Source: Cetorhinus maximus
Lineage: Eukaryota
Direction of reading: 5' to 3'
DNA: 64,000 nucleotides
NCBI RefSeq assembly: GCF_964194155.1
Contig: NC_135900.1
Coordinates: 13,950,001 to 14,014,000, forward strand
The translations under genes were made by a program, and so were the position numbers. The notes below the pieces were generated by a model. That model made no database searches. It worked only from the letters and a program-made list of their open reading frames with translations, and was not told the origin of the DNA. Shown here piece by piece: positions 1-12,390 of this stretch. Numbering within the stretch: position 1 is the first letter of the stretch; the number at the start of each line of letters is the position of its first letter.

Positions 1-699
1 AAATCCAGGAAGCTGCTCTGAAGAGGGCCTGAGTCAGAGAGAATTAACTTTACAGCGTTGTTACCCAAGCAACAATCCACCTGCCTATTAGCTCGACTCC
101 TTGTTGGGGGATGGTGGGGGGAGAAGGGGGTAATTTTGATTGAGTAAAGCGAGTGAGGATAAACCAGCCACCCACTATACGTGTCGCCCCATTTTTTTCA
201 TTCCATTGACCTCAGTGCGGCTGCCACAGTCTTTGCTGCCTTCTGCTCTCAGGTTCCCCAATCTCGGGTGGGCCACTTGCAAAGGGCTACCACCAATGTT
301 TCCTGTACGCTGCGTGGGTGCACTCCCATACCGCGATCCAGAACGTACCGTGCGGTGCAAACAGGTCATTCACATAAGAAAAATTAGAGAGAATATCAAT
401 TGCCTCCAGCTTCCATTAGGTGGCCCTCTGAATGGGAGCCTGCTCAGTGTACCTGGAGAGAAATGTGGTGGGAGGCAATGTGCCCGAATTAAGTATAACT
501 GTCATAAATTCTCCTCTCAGAGGCTCGACAGGTATGCCAGGTGTATTAGCTTTCTATCCCTTTAACTCTGCTTCATGCGGGAGAACTGAACACCTCCAAG
601 AAGGTAACGATTAAGAAAGAAACTAGAACTTGCATTTGCAAGAAGAAAATTGGATGTATACTTGGAAAAATTTGCAAGGCTATATCTAAAGAGTCAAAG

Positions 700-920
700 G
701 GTCATTGTGGCACAGAAGGCAGCCATTCGGCCCATTGAGTCCATGCCAGCTCTCTGTAGAGCAACCCAGTCAGTCCCATTACCCCCGTCTATCCTCGTGA
801 CCCTGCAAGTTTTTTTTCCTTGTAGCAGGGCAATGATTAAATGAAGAGCTCTCAAAAAACTGGCATGGGTACAATGGGCAGAATGGCCTCCTTCTATGCT
901 GTAAGATTTTATGATTCTAT
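700..920. mobile_element. Two short CR1-type LINE 3'-UTR fragments in opposite orientations
   Basis: 'cacagaaggcagccattcggccc' (minus) and 'gggcagaatggcctccttctatgctgtaagattttatgattctat' (plus) match the 3' tails of the other CR1 copies in the window. Confidence 0.6.
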
Positions 921-924
921 ATAT

Positions 925-1270
925 TGCACTTTATCACATCCTCAGGATGTCCCAAATCTCCTTACAACCAAAGGATTATTTAAAAAAAAAGTTTACAACA
1001 ACCAATTAGCAGATAGGAAATCAATAAATGATCCACTTCTGATGGCGTTTATTGAGGGCAAATTATTGACCCGGACATCCAGAGAACTCCCTGCTCCTCT
1101 TCAAATATTGCCCATGGGATTAACCTCTCAGCTGAAAGACACTGTCTCCAGCCATGCATTACTCTCTCAATGTACTGAAGCATTGGTTTAGATAATGTGC
1201 TTAAATCCTAGAATAGGGATTGAATCCAAAACTCTGTGACTCCAAGTTCTACCACCTGAGCCAAGCTGAG
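925..1270 (-). mobile_element. Degenerate Deu-domain SINE (SacSINE1/AmnSINE1-like)
   Basis: 'ggacatccagagaactccctgctcctcttcaaatattgcccatgggat' Deu-like core and tRNA-like head at the right end; similar to the copy at 13365-13905. Confidence 0.6.
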
Positions 1271-1309
1271 CATGAGGACTGGTACAAATACTCTTTTTAC
1301 TTTACTCTT

Positions 1310-1630
1310 TCACCGGGGACATTGGCGTCGCTGGCAAAGACTGCATTTGTTGCCCAACCCTAATTGCCCTTCACTGGAACATTTCAGAGGGACAGTTAAG
1401 AGTCAACCACATTCTGTGGGTCTGCAGTCACATGTAGGCCAGACCAGGTGAGGACAGCAGATTTCCTTCCCTCATGGTCACTCGTGCATTTTTGAGACTA
1501 GCTTTCAATTCCAGATTTTTTTATTGATTGAATTCAAATTCCACAAGCTGCCATGGTGAGATTTGAACCCTTGTCCCCAGGACGTGGCTGGGCCTCGGGG
1601 CTCATTAGTCCAGTGATTAATGCCACCATG
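1310..1630 (-). mobile_element. tRNA-derived SINE (MER131/MetaSINE-like) with LINE-derived 3' tail
   Basis: Reverse complement of the 20600-20950 copy: 'gttaagagtcaaccacatt...ggccagaccaggtgaggacagcagatttccttccct'; B-box 'gatttgaaccc'. Confidence 0.65.
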
Positions 1631-2399
1631 TCCCTCCCCTTTAGGGAGAAACTAGGAGCTTTCAGGGTCCTTTCCTGAAGAAGTGGGTCAAATGCATAAT
1701 GGATCAGATTGCATGAGACCTTTGGAAGGAGGAAGCCTTGTTGACTGAACTCTCACCTTTCATTTACCTCTATTCGTATTTTGAGTTGGACATGTTGCTA
1801 CTCACAATGCAGTTGGAGAGTCACTAGACCAGTTTAGCCCAGCCTTGGGCCTTCTTTTGGATGACAGGAGCTAAATGGCTCAAAGTGGCTCAGTTGTCAC
1901 ATAAGACAAATAATACACATCGACATTAACGTTTTCTGATCGTGTGATGACATTTTTTTTGTTTTGTCAGAGGAAGAAAACTTAGTCTTATTCTTGACCT
2001 TCTTCAAAGCTGCTGTACTAATACATAAGCTGTTTTGAATGACATTTCTATCTTTCAGAAACTGTGTTTTTACTTACAGATTAATACCTACAATGGTAAC
2101 AATGTACAGTTCTAAATCTGTCTTTTGTTTCGTTGCAAATGCTATTTTTGTGTTCCTTCATAATGCAACGTGAAAAATGTTGATTTGACAACATATTGAC
2201 ACAGATTTGATTGCATTCAAGTAATATAGTTGCAACCAATGTTTAAATAAAGCCAGACATATGGAAAAGGTCAGGTTTACTGCTCAAGCAGATGAACACC
2301 TGTGTGCTTTTATTTCTTATTGTGAGCGCACTATTCTATATCCTGCAGCAGGATCTTGAGGTCCTCTCACAATATGTCAATTCATTTTTCCAAACCTAT

Positions 2400-2880
2400 T
2401 TACCAGGATGCTGCCTGGTCTGGAGGTTATTAGCCACGAGGAGAGGTTGGAGAAACTCGGATTGTTCTCACTAGAGCGATGGAGATTGAGGGGCGGCTTG
2501 ATAGAAGTTTACAAAATTATGAGTGGCATGGACAGAGTAAGTAGTCAGAAGCTTTTTCCCAGGGTGGAAGAGTCAATTACTAGGGGACATAGATTTAAGG
2601 TGAGAGGAGAAAACTATAGAGGAGATGTGCGGGGCAAGTTTTTTACGCAGAGGGTAGTGAGTGTCTGGAATTCGCTGCCAGAGGAGGTGGTGGAAGCAGG
2701 TACGATAGTGGTGTTTAAGAGGCAGCTTGACAAATACATGAATAGGATGGGAATAGAGGGATACGGACCCCGGAAGTGCAAAATGTTTTAGTTGACGGGC
2801 AATATGATTGGCGCAGGCTTGGAGGGCCGAAGGGCCTGTTCCTGTGCTGTTCTTTTCTTTGTTCTTTGTTCTTTATTCTT
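2400..2880 (+). mobile_element. Young 5'-truncated CR1 (HER1-like) LINE: ORF2 C-terminus plus 3' UTR
   Basis: ORF 2408-2791 LEKLGLFSLERWRLRGGLIEVYKIM...FFTQRVVSVWNSLP is the typical CR1 ORF2 end; (ttctttg)n tail; near-identical to 48575-49050. Confidence 0.95.
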
Positions 2881-3033
2881 TTCTATTCTTCTATATGCAT
2901 GTCGCAAATCTATATTAGCTCCTTAATAGCCCTTAAAGAATTTTTCTTGCTGATTCCTTGTGGCTCTCATGCTTGACAGCTCAGGTTTCTTAAGGCTCTT
3001 AAATGCCTCATATTCCTGCCCAAATTCACTCTT

Positions 3034-3577
3034 CTGGGGCAGCAGGAGTTTCAACTCTCCCACTTGGCAGAAACCAGGTAGGGGGGGGTGCGGAGTTAGG
3101 GGAAGGGGTGTCTGGGGGTGGGCTCAATTGAAATGTAGTGAATGATATTCTCTCGCCACCCGACTGTGATTTTTCAGGTGTTTGCATCTGAATCGGACGG
3201 GAGTCTCATATATTTATGCAAATCATGGGCCCATTCCACCAAGAGGGTGACCGACAGCACATTAATCAGGAAGGGAATAGGGAGGCCATAGCAGCCTCCC
3301 CGACAGCAACAACCTGGTTCATGGAATGAAGATTCATATCCAGGTAAGTTTAAAACTTCCCTTTAAATGTCCCCCCCGTCACAATCCCTTTGAAAATCAA
3401 AATTATTCCAGCTTTTGAGCATGTTGCCACCCTGTGCCCCTGCCCCCAGTACACCTTCCTTATCCAATGTGGCAGGTAGCGCACTTCCATCTGCAAATGT
3501 GCATATGCACTTCCTGTCCACCATATTGGGCCTGAGTAGGCCAATTGGACCCTGGCATGGCCCAATTTCTGGGCCTA
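3034..3577. mobile_element. Probable non-autonomous Harbinger-type MITE
   Basis: GC-rich island starting 'ggggc' and ending 'aatttctgggcc', similar in style to the other MITE ends; terminal inverted repeats (TIRs) degenerate. Confidence 0.4.
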
Positions 3578-3926
3578 TATTCTTAACGGTAAATAAGTGC
3601 GTGTAAATGGATCTACTTCAAATCACAGCCTGAAGAAAGCAGTCCCGGCAGAAAATTAAGGAGTATAACAATGGTGAAGTGTTACGAGGATTCAGCAGTC
3701 ATGGAAAAATTGACCTAAAGTACATTGAATTTTGTACCAGAGGCACACTGGTACACAGGCTCAGGCAAGTGTACAGAAACGCACCCACATTCTTTCCATA
3801 TACTCTGAATAAAATTTGGTTAGATACAAATAAACAATGGCCATTGTCCCCATGATTTACCGCTGCATGACAGCCTTTTATTAACGCATGACATTTCTTG
3901 AACAAAAGCCATTGTGTTAGTCTCTG

Positions 3927-4164
3927 TCAGATTGGCCAACCAACTTGATGTGAATGGACCTTGCTGGTGTCCTCTCCTGACAGGGACTTGCACATTACGT
4001 TTTCTTTCCTTATCTCATCCTTATTTTCTTCTGAGAGTGGAAACATCCTTTTGTTGATCTGACTGCTCTTGTCGCTGGCTGAGGATGATTTAAGAGCTTC
4101 TGCTCTTTTACAATTTATCCAGAACACATACATCTTAGTTTGGGCTCCGTTTATAGAAATAAAC
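3927..4164 (-). CDS. Candidate terminal coding exon of an unidentified host gene
   Basis: Non-repetitive; acceptor-like 'ttgtactcctgacag|G'; only one open frame (xFISINGAQTKMYVFWINCKRAE...HQVGWPI*); AATAAA on minus at 3877-3882. No upstream exon or homology recognised. Confidence 0.3.
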
Positions 4165-5849
4165 CTGTCAGGAGTACAATGCATCTTGATCTACATTTGT
4201 ATCTCTTGCATTTTAGTAGTGTGTGTACATGACAAAAAAAAAAATTTAAATCACTTCAAAACATATGAATAAAGTCAAAAGTCTGCGAACAGGATTGCTT
4301 TATCGCATTAGATTTCTACTAAACCATTGCTCTGATGCACAGCCCTTGCAACCAGTGGGGATTAAGTCCGTCAAAACAGGGAAGCTTAAAATTATTCTTG
4401 CCTGCTAAGCCTAAAGGTATTTTTTTGACTCTCCTTAAAAATAATGACACTAGTTGGAAGAGATACCATTCTTTGGCTTTGCGGTCAGTCTGTCCACTAC
4501 AACTGCAAATACAATCACTTCCATCCTTGTTGGGGGTGTAGTAACAGCTAGTAATTATGGACTTGATTTTAATGCTGTGCAAGTGAATGAGTTTTGAATG
4601 AGTTATAATCTTGCGCTATCTCTATCAAAAAGTTTTGCTTCTGCTGTATAGGGTGTGAGAAGTGTTTATATGACAGGAAGGTATAGAGTTCTGGTTTTGT
4701 CTCTCTTTATTCTTTAGGCTAATCAGAGGTAAAGATAAACCAAGGCTCGAAGCTTATATAAACAATTGGTTTTAATAACACTAAGCCACAAGAAGCTTTA
4801 CAGATTAGAGATTCATACAACTGTAATGAAAAGTATTATTTGAAATTCAGAATGGGCAATTCTTCTGTTTTGTCCTCCTTTTGGTTGGTCTGTGGTCAGT
4901 CTGCCTCTACTCTGGCTGTAGTCAGTGTTGTGCATTTTCTTATGTTGGCCTCTGGACTGCCTCAGGTCTGTCTCATGGGCAGATCTCTGGTCTAGCTATC
5001 TCCGGGCTATCGTTTCGATCTTACTAAGATTTGCCATGCTTTCAAAAACTTTGATAATTGATCGCTCTCTCTTTCTTATTGTTTCAAACTGTTCTGATAT
5101 TTCCAACAGCTTCTCTCAGACTGACAAGACCTTGCATCTGTATTGCTTTTACTCTTCTGGACAATCTGCTGAGCAAGAATTGTTGAATGTGGCCAACCTT
5201 CCCAGCATGCCATTGAACAGACAGTTCCTTTGCTGACTTAACACTTACAAACAAACTCAGCTTCTTTAGTGGGTAATTATTTCCTTAAAAAGTCCCTAAT
5301 CCTTCAGAAATAGGCATTGAAAGTTGCCTAAATTGGGGTCAGATTTTCAGGAAGTGTAGAAGAGGAACTAACCATTATGCAGGTAATGCCAAAAGTGGTT
5401 AAAGAAAGGAAATGCTCTTAATACAGATTTCATATATCCACAAGCACTGGAAGTACAGGGCATAGCAACTAACTGAAATTTCTCAATGTCCCGACTTTTA
5501 AGAAAGAACTTTAATCTTGATGTTTGTAGATAACAAGGGGCTGAGGTATGAAATGAATAAAGAAGATTTGGCCCGAAAACCCACTTCAAATATAACTTGC
5601 ACTATCGTGGTCGCTTCACGTGTGCGCTTATTTCACTTGTGCAGGCAAGGGGAGAGGAGTTGAATAATCGCAGGTAAAACTTCCAAAAAGGCAAACTCTG
5701 CGAAATGCCTCAATGCAGTGGAACCCCACGACATCAACCAAATATCTTAATTTAGCTTTTGCCTCCATGTCTGGTTTCATTTCCAGAGATAACATTGCCG
5801 CGGTCAAAGCTGAACTAGAGTCAAAGTATTCTGTGAAGTATTTGATCAT

Positions 5850-6260
5850 CTATGCCTACGCTTATCCCTATAACCTTCAATCCCATTCATAACCAGGTAT
5901 TCATCCAACTCCCTTTTAAATGGGTTAATCAACATAGTATTCAATACGTTGATGGAAATCTATTCTACATGTCTTCTGCTCTATGGGGAAAAGGATCATG
6001 TAATTTCCAGTCTTGCTTGAGGCTGGGCAATTTCATATTCATGTCCTCTAATCCTGCATAACAGTTAAAGTCAAATCACCTGCTTATATCTACCTTATCC
6101 TTACCTTTCAGCAACTGAAAGATCTCGATCATGGCTCCTTTCCATCTATTCTCAAATGAGAACAAGTAAAACTCTGTCAGCCTATCCTCGTGAATTATAA
6201 TTTGAAGTTCTGGATTATCCTTAGCACTCTTTTCTGAAGTAACCCAATGTAATACTATTC
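5850..6260 (-). mobile_element. Old CR1 LINE 3' fragment
   Basis: Degenerate similarity to the CR1 ORF2 end ('ctatcctcgtgaatt...ggattatccttagcactcttttctg'). Confidence 0.5.
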
Positions 6261-6559
6261 AATTGTTCAAACCAAGACATAACATTCCAATTGTGGCATG
6301 AAGTGGTCTCCTCTACTTTGGGGAGACCAAACACAAACTGTGTGACCGCTTTGCAGAACATCTCCATTCAATCTGCAAGGGGTGATTCAAGTGAGTTTCC
6401 AGCTGCCTGTCATTTCAATTCTTCACCTTGCTCCCATTCTGACCTTGCTGTCCTCGGCCTGCTACAGTCTTCCAAAGAAACTCAATACAAGCTCAAATAA
6501 CAGCACCGTATCACTCAACTCAGCACTTTACAGCTTTCTGGACTCAACATTGAGCTCAA

Positions 6560-7200
6560 CAGTTTTAGGTCAAAACCTCTGTCCCCATTTTGCTTCATGT
6601 CTCTTTGCTGGTTTGATTTATTTTTCTCTTGTTTCTCTCTTATTCCCCGTACTTTGCAATCAGACAGCAGGTACTCAGGATCCTGCCGTCCACACCTCCT
6701 CTAGGTACATTTTTTTGTTTCTTTTCTTTACCCATTACCTTCCCTTTGTCCTTCCACCGTGAAAACTTCTATAATTTAATCCTTCCTGCCTTCCACCCTG
6801 CCACAGAACTTCCCTTTTGTTCTCATTCCATCTTTTCCCTTTTCTCTTACTCCGAACCGAAAACATTTCTAACTTTTCCCTACTCTTGTGACCTGAAACA
6901 TTAACTCAGGGCTGAATTTTGCCGTCGGCGAGCAGGGGGGCAGGGCCCACTCGCCGACGCGTAAAATGACGCGGGATAGCGTTGGGCCTTAATTGGCCCG
7001 CCCACTTAAAATGGCGGCAGGGCCCGCTTCTCCGGCTGGGATCGGCTCCCCGCCCGCCGGAGATTGGGTCGGGCCCCCCCGTCCGACAGGCAGAAAATTC
7101 TGCCCTCTGTCCCTCTCTCTCTGTCTCCACAGATACTGCTAGATATGCTGAGTATTTTCAACATTTTCTATTTTTAATATATCTGCGGTATTTTCAAGGA
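6560..7200 (+). mobile_element. Penelope-like element 3'/terminal-repeat fragment interrupted by a MITE
   Basis: 'ctcaacattgagctcaacag' and 'ctctctgtctccacagatactgctagatatgctgagtattttc' match the terminus of the 55711-57733 element. Confidence 0.7.
6909..7105. mobile_element. Harbinger-type MITE
   Basis: TIRs gggctgaatttt / aaaattctgccc; 3-bp TSD-like tca/tct; splits the Penelope terminal motif 'aactct'. Confidence 0.85.
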
Positions 7201-7249
7201 ATTAACACAACTAAGAAACACCAGGTAGCTTCCTATAGTTGTGCATTCG

Positions 7250-7400
7250 GTAGCTAGATGGCACTTGATAAGCAAGGGGGTGAAAGGTTATCGGGGGGTA
7301 GGCAGGGATGTGGAGTTAAGGTTACAATCAGATCAGCCATGATCTTATTGAGTGTCGGAGCAGGCTCATAGGGATTACTCCTGCTCCTAATTTGTTTGTT
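7250..7400 (+). mobile_element. CR1 3' UTR fragment
   Basis: 'gatcagccatgatcttattgag...ggagcaggctc...actcctgctcctaat' CR1 tail. Confidence 0.75.
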
Positions 7401-8714
7401 AAATTACAGAGCGCTCAATATTGGCTGCCAGCTTTATTAAGTGCCAAGCACCTCAAAAGAAAGAGACATTCATTGTGCAGCACCCTTTCATCAATGTCGC
7501 TTTCGAATTCTCTGTTTGATACTGTAGAATTACACTAATCAGAAAACCAACTGTTAAGGTAGTGAATGTTAAGGCATTGTGTAAAAGCTCTAACATTCTA
7601 TACCATAAAATTGTGTGATTCAGACTCCTGGCCACAAGCAATGAAGTCTTAATCTTAGTTGTGTTTTGGTGAAAAGGTGCCAAGCATCTGCTAGGTAATT
7701 CCCCAAAGGGACGGAGAGTCACTGCAGCCCATTCCTCATTTCAGCTGTTGACAGAGCTGCATTGGTAGAGGCCAATGAGTGTACCTACTTTATAAATCCA
7801 CGATCAGGATTGGTGAGTCATGTGAAGGAAAATGGGGCAAAGATAAAGGACTACTCTGTGTACAGATAAAAGGAACTTATTGCCACTGTGTGCCACTCTG
7901 TATACTTTACAGTCAGGATTTAACTTGGCCTGTTTCAATACCATACTACTGCCTACAATAATACATGCCAGGAACTTCCTCGTCCACTATAAATTCAGCA
8001 GAAGATTAGGAGCAACCCTGGACAGAGGTGCAAATGGAATCTCCACTGATTGCCTACTTTAACTTCAGTGGATGATCAGGGGAACCGCACTGAGGAAATT
8101 CCTAGTGATGCGCTTTAATGGAGTCTACTTAAGTGACTACTGTTATATTTCAGAAGGCATGGTGCTGAAGGATAGAACAGGAACCAATATTTATACGCTT
8201 TCACAGGCTTTTGTTTCAAGATACATATTATGAACATGTACCTCTTAACCCAACTGCCACAGTTTCAGTCTGTTTCTATTTATAGGAGCACAAGTGAATC
8301 CCCAGTTAATGTCCACCCTCTGCATACAATTAAACACAAGTAATATAAAATTAACAGCTTCCCTTCTGTCCCTTCAAATACAATAGGAAATTTGTTAAGT
8401 AGCAGGAGACAGAACAGGGATAATGGCAAGTACTCTAATTGGCAAGATACAATTTGTGATTTTTCATAGGGATTTGTGTTGGGGCCTTAACAATTCACCC
8501 TACTTATTATTGAGTAACATTGTGGGATAGAGAGCCACATATCTAAGTTTGCTGATGAAAGAAAGATAGGTGGCAATGTAAGCAGTGAAAATGGAAGCAT
8601 AAAATGCCAAAGGGATGTTAATAGATTAATTGAATGGGCAAAACAGTGAAAATGGATTTCATTGTAGCCAAATGCAAGATCATCCATCTTGGACCTAAAT
8701 TGATAGATTTTCTA

Positions 8715-9111
8715 GTTATTTGGTAGTATAGAATTTGAGTATTGTTGAAAAAAGAGAAATGCTGTTGAAGCTTTTCCTCTTGCACTCATCAAGACAGATT
8801 CGCAAGAATACCAATAGCAAAGGGAACAACAATTTATACTTCATGAAAAGAGAGTGCTGATTTTTTAGCAAGTGGACTCTGATTGATAGATGTGTTGCCA
8901 TAGAGAATGCACCAGGGAACAGTTAACTACCAAACTTTTGTTTAAATTTAAACCAGGAAGGTTGACTCTGATTGGTCAAGGCATTGTCCTGGGGAATGAA
9001 CCAGGGAATGGCTGTTCTCCAAGCTTTTGTTTTGGTGAAAAAGTCACACTGTGTGGACACGCTCCTTCTGTCTGCAAAGGGCAGGGCCCTGCGTGTGACT
9101 ATATGAATATA
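8715..9111 (-). mobile_element. Short non-coding repeat with a minimal hammerhead-ribozyme motif (retrozyme/Penelope terminal-repeat-like)
   Basis: Inserted in the CR1 with duplicated flank tgatagattttcta / tgatagatctttcta; homologous (reverse complement) to 17040-17370; hammerhead-like motif at 8763-8796. Confidence 0.7.
8763..8796 (-). ncRNA. Degenerate minimal type I hammerhead ribozyme motif
   Basis: Minus strand UGUC-uUGAUGA-GU gcaag Ag-GAAA-AGCU-UC-aACA; core C3 mutated to U. Confidence 0.5.
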
Positions 9112-9774
9112 TGATAGATCTTTCTAAATGATGAAAAAATGAGAAAAAATTGAGGTCGAAGAGACTTGAGGGTGAAGCTACATAGATCATTGCAATGTCA
9201 TGGATAGATACAGAAAATATCAAAAAAGGGCTAATGGGGTCCCCCTGTCATGTTGCCGGGCAAGTGGAATAGAATCTACAGCACCCATGTCTGGCAGCAA
9301 GTGGTCTGTGCATTATCCTTGAAGCCTTCACTATGTTCTACACCACTTGCTGTAGATTGTACCAACTTTAAATGCCAATGCAAAACACTGAACACGTTCT
9401 AACTCAGCAGCAACCAATAGAAATCAATCAGCAAATAATCTGAAAAGTATATTCCATTTAATGACGATCCCTTTAAATAACAATGTTGAGGGTAGGCTGG
9501 GGGCGATGCCCTGCTGCTGAATTCATGCTCATATCAGGGGGCTAGAATACAATGGGGTAGAGGATATGCTACAGCTATACAAAATTTGGGTAGATCACAC
9601 CTGAAGTACTATGTTCAGTTCTGTGCACCACAACTTTGGAAGCACATCCATGAAAACGGACAAGGCCCAAAAATAGATAGTGGGGTCTGGTTGCAGTACA
9701 TCTCAGAATTTACACGTAGCATTTGCATAGTGATGTGTCTGCAGTGAATGGCACTTTGCTGTAAGAATTTGGGG

Positions 9775-10241
9775 GTCTCCCTGAGGCTAAGTGCTGCCTC
9801 AGGGAGATCGCTGACACTTTTAAAAATAGAAAAAAAAAAGTTCCTTAATATGTCCCCCTCATGTGACAATGTCACATGAGATGGGACATGTTCATAATTT
9901 GCAGAAAAACTTTATTAAAATTTTTAAAACCCTGCATGAAACCTCATCCCGCCGCTGGATGAGGTTTCATGTTTTTTCTATTTGCCGCCGGGGCTCCTGG
10001 CCTGCCCGCCAACCTTAAGATTTGACGGGCAGGTCCTTTAAATGTTTAATTGATCCTGTCAATGGCCTCAAATTGGTTATTGACAAGTTGGCGGGCCCTC
10101 AGCTGATTTTGCTGCGGGCCCGCCTTCAAGATTTAAATGAGACGGGATGACGTCGGGGATTCCGATTGACATCATCCCGTGTCATTTTGTGTGTCAGCGA
10201 GCGGGCCCCGCCCCCTGCTCGCCAACGGCAAAATTCTGCCC
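9775..10241. mobile_element. Harbinger-type MITE (partial)
   Basis: Ends in aaaattctgccc TIR; internal similarity to 30780-31432. Confidence 0.8.
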
Positions 10242-11029
10242 AGAGTTAAAGTTCCCAAGCCCAATGTGACTGATAATTTGTTGTAAATTGACTTATTGAG
10301 ACAAAGTCAGGACAAGTTTATGAAGTCCTCTGATAAACTATGTCAATAAACTCAGGCAATGATTTACAGTTCAATGCAGATTATATTACCCATGTTGAGA
10401 TCTGGGCGGAACAGTGCACGAATGGTTTTTTTGGCAGCTTTGGCCTATTGGCCTTCAAGCCTCTCCTTCTCTCTCTTTCCCTTGCATCTTGTCTTGTTTG
10501 TTCTGTTTCTGGATGGTCATTCACTCTCTCTCTCTCTCTGCCAATTAACCCCTCTCACAATCCAATCGTTTCAGAGCTCTCTGTGAGGATACTTTCCCTG
10601 ACCAACCGGGAATAGTTTATGTGGCTGTTGCTGACCTTACATAATTATGTAAGTTATGTCCTTTTTCTGAATTACTGGATCTCAATGTTTTTAAATTCCA
10701 TGGTTTATTATCTCATGGAGAGAGACATCGACATACCATTCTCACATAGGCAGTTGCTCACATACAGCCTTCAAGGTCCCAATCTTTTTTGCTGCAAGTA
10801 AATTCCTTTAAATCTTGACATAATTTTCCCAGAATACCACTACCCTGGCATCTTTTCTATACTGTGCCTTACTCCTAAGTTTTTCTACTTTACTATTCTA
10901 CAAAGAAGTTTAATAAAATCAAGTGTTAGTAAACTACAAGGCCAGCTGTGGTTTCTAAGAACAAAGTTAGCTTTTAAGAATTAGTCTTCTTGTTAGCAAC
11001 CTAATAATCTTACACTGCAACATGAAGCC

Positions 11030-12390
11030 CCCTTATCCTGGTGAAACTGTGAACTGGCTCAGTTTGCTCCTCTCTAACAGGAAAGAATTATGTATACTCC
11101 ACTCTCTTGACATACAGAACCCCTGTGTGCTCCCACACGTAACAGTCAATGGTGAACTGGGAGATGTTGCAAATATTCCCTGATCCAGCCTGGAATCCAG
11201 CCAATGCATAAACATTCATGGCCTCCATCACCTTCACAGCCACTGGCAATGCTGCCCCTGCCCTACCCTGAGGCTGCAGTTGGGGCTGCAATGTGTGGCA
11301 GATTTCAATGAGCACATTGTTGGTGAAGTGGGGGTGTCTAGAACACTTTTCCTTGCTGAGGCTGTGTTGGATCCAGTGCCCTGGTTTGTTGGGCTAAAGG
11401 ATCCAGGTTGCGCGCTTGTTTTGGGGTCACCGAGTTGGTACTAAGACAGAGAAGATCTGTAGGCCATTCTTAGAAGAAACACATTCTGTTTATTTACAAA
11501 AGGAAGTCAGCAGCTACACTTGTGTGCTTACAACTCAAAACTCTGTCTTTACTCTTCAGGCTCTAACTCAAGACTACTGACTACAAAGGTAGCCCGCGCT
11601 ACTCTGCTATTGGGTATCAAGATCATGTGATCTTGCATTACAACATTTGTCTTAAAGGTATATTACACATCAGGTTACCACAGGTTGATACAGGAGGATT
11701 GGTCCCTGAAGACCTTGGGTGGACATGGCCTCCAGCTGAGAGCCCTTCTCCCCGCTCCTCCTCCTCCCTCTTGTCTTCCTATGTGTCACATCACCTTATT
11801 CTTCATGTCATGTTGCAGGCCAAGGGGAATAGAAATCACAGCTCTGGCAGCAAGTGTTCTGTGCATAACCCTTGAAGTTAGAACCAAAGCCTTCGCCAAA
11901 CACCATACCATGTAGACGTCACCAAATTTAAGTAACAGTACAAACCATTAAACACATCCACTCACATGGCAACAGCCAATAGAAATCAATCAGCAAATAA
12001 TATGAAAGCTGATGATCCCTTTAAATAACAATGGTGTGGAGTGAGGGGGTGGGCTGGGGGTGGGCTGGGTGGGGGGGGGTGGTGGGGGTGGCACTTTTTT
12101 TACTGCAGAATGCACATTCAGCTGTGAGATGTTAAGAGGACATTAGCTGGAGTGTTGAGGTCAAAGTTGGCACCATTGTGAGTCAAGTCAGGGTTACATG
12201 CTGCCTGACATCACGATCTTCCTACTCTGCGTACTGCCAGCACACTGCTCCTGCACCCGGACTATGCCCTTACCAAAATGGCGTCCGGCACTGCCAGCAC
12301 CAGACGTGTCCACACGTGGACGCCATTTTGGATCCGAAATATAACTGCAGCACTGAAAATACATGCGCTACACAACTGACTTCTGTGACC
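11030..12390 (-). mobile_element. Harbinger transposon remnant with HARBI1-like transposase N-terminal fragment
   Basis: ORF 11088-11315 ...AALPVAVKVMEAMNVYALAGFQAGSGNICNISQ resembles Harbinger transposase; non-coding part (11965-12030) repeated at 9405-9490. Confidence 0.75.
11365..11682 (-). mobile_element. Solo LTR
   Basis: TG...CA termini, 5-bp TSD ggctg/ggttg, AATAAA on minus; interrupts the Harbinger fragment. Confidence 0.7.

Noticed and set aside
140-565. 141-aa ORF in a CpG-containing segment at the window start
   Set aside because: No recognisable domain or splice signals; may be an unrecognised repeat.
5628-5850. Possible exon (minus ORF MIKYFTEY..., or plus DNIAAVKAELESKYSVK after a pyrimidine-rich acceptor)
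   Set aside because: No convincing donor/acceptor pair or identifiable protein; it runs into a CR1 fragment.
12043-12091. G-rich run with G-quadruplex potential
   Set aside because: Low-complexity tract inside a Harbinger remnant; such runs are common in these elements.
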